Below, one piece after another: positions 47,797-48,553 of a DNA stretch of 48,553 nt. Origin of the DNA: Candidatus Heimdallarchaeota archaeon (GTDB lineage Archaea > Asgardarchaeota > Heimdallarchaeia > Hodarchaeales > Hodarchaeaceae); contig JBHLSH010000019.1 in the NCBI GenBank assembly GCA_048881705.1, positions 1 through 48,553 of the forward strand, read 5' to 3'. The stretch's first letter is position 1. Each line of letters begins with the position of its first letter. Under the pieces are notes generated by a model, which worked only from the letters and a program-made list of their open reading frames with translations, was not told where the DNA came from and made no database searches. Made by a program: the position numbers and the translations under genes.

Positions 47797-48084
47797 CTAC
47801 CCAGTATAATATTTCACACCAAAACTGCCACGAGGGTTATTCCAAGTGACTGATCCCTGGTCACATTGAAGAAAGCATGTACCACATTCTACACAGTCTT
47901 CATAGCGAAATACCATCTCTCCATCGATAAAGGTAAAGCAACTCGCGGGACATCCTGCAATACAGAGATGATGAGGACACTTTCTGCAAATATCCGGTTT
48001 CACAGTTATGTGCGCGTTTTCTTCAGAATCTGTTACAAAAGTTACCGAACCCAGTTTATCCTGAACTTTGACTTCTTCTGCCAA
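47797..48084 (-). CDS. fixX: FixX/EtfX 2x[4Fe-4S] ferredoxin-like protein
   Basis: CxxC...CxxxCPAxC, CVECGTC and C-terminal PRGSFGVKY. Confidence 0.92.
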   Translation of the reverse strand: MAEEVKVQDKLGSVTFVTDSEENAHITVKPDICRKCPHHLCIAGCPASCFTFIDGEMVFRYEDCVECGTCFLQCDQGSVTWNNPRGSFGVKYYTG

Positions 48085-48109
48085 ATCGTGTCATCTCCAT
48101 CGGGCATGG

Positions 48110-48553
48110 CTAAAAGTGTCTTAGGGTTAATCCATCACGGATCAAACGTAACCATCCGACTTTTCGATTCTTTTTTGCGTTTCGAAACAGTGTTATAAGG
48201 TGTTTTTTAGGTTTCCTCCGCTCTGTGAGCATTTCATGAAACATTTCAAGAAAAATATCGGGATATTGGTCGTAAAGACGAGGATTTTTGGTAATTTTGT
48301 GAACATTCTTGAAATTCTTTAGATCCTTTAGTACCGATTTGTCTAGTTTCCGTTCATATTGTTTAAGAGTCGTTCGAGAGAAATCGCGTTTTTTATAGGC
48401 GTCATGAATCGTATCAGCTGCCATTATTCCGCTTTCAATAGCATAATTGATGCCCTGAATTATCATACCATTTGACAGAACGAGACCCGCTGCGTCTCCA
48501 ACAACCAATACGTGATCATCGAAAAGTTGGGGAACCATATGAATCCCTCCCTC
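48110..48553 (-). CDS. fixC: FixC/EtfC ETF-quinone oxidoreductase, C-terminal part (runs off the window)
   Basis: LVVGDAAGLV...QGINYAIESG..AA. The frame is open to the window end and the gene is adjacent to fixX. Confidence 0.9.
   Translation of the reverse strand, partial: EGGIHMVPQLFDDHVLVVGDAAGLVLSNGMIIQGINYAIESGIMAADTIHDAYKKRDFSRTTLKQYERKLDKSVLKDLKNFKNVHKITKNPRLYDQYPDIFLEMFHEMLTERRKPKKHLITLFRNAKKNRKVGWLRLIRDGLTLRHF

Noticed and set aside
1-48553. tRNA, rRNA, CRISPR arrays, transposases/integrases, Sec (TGA) recoding
   Set aside because: I found no T-loop/anticodon cloverleaf, no regularly spaced DNA repeats outside coding sequence, no DDE/tyrosine recombinase motifs and no TGA interrupting a recognisable domain. 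This was a by-eye check only.

Overview
Archaeal window, most likely Asgard (Heimdallarchaeia/Hodarchaeales-like). The taxonomy is an inference from a class I LysRS, GGTGA Shine-Dalgarno sites, longin-fold proteins and a CCDC47-like gene. The first 18 kb is a tightly coupled operon of three paralogous single-pass surface proteins (>3423 aa and 5'-truncated, 1546 aa, 986 aa) plus a small CxxC/His protein. Each large protein has an Ig-like-repeat, sequon-rich ectodomain, one C-terminal TM helix and a cytoplasmic uDENN/longin domain. Two of these domains carry the FLCN/SMCR8-type FxxxxGP and D/E-x-x-x-A-R-G arginine-finger motifs; the third has lost the Arg. This looks like a receptor-coupled GTPase-activating complex and is the main candidate for an undescribed system. 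The rest holds lysS (class I), a longin+roadblock-like protein, ppdK, a sugar dehydrogenase, deoC and a CCDC47/PAT-complex-like protein. It also holds an APC permease with a structured long leader, a metallophosphoesterase with two nucleotidyltransferase-like paralogs, a four-hydrolase guanidino/ureido-type operon with LysE, feoB plus a DtxR-FeoA regulator, SCO/NnrS-like/DUF2249 genes and a fixC(partial)-fixX-fixA-fixB cluster. I saw no rRNA, tRNA, CRISPR array or mobile element. All family assignments come from motif recognition by eye; no database search was run.
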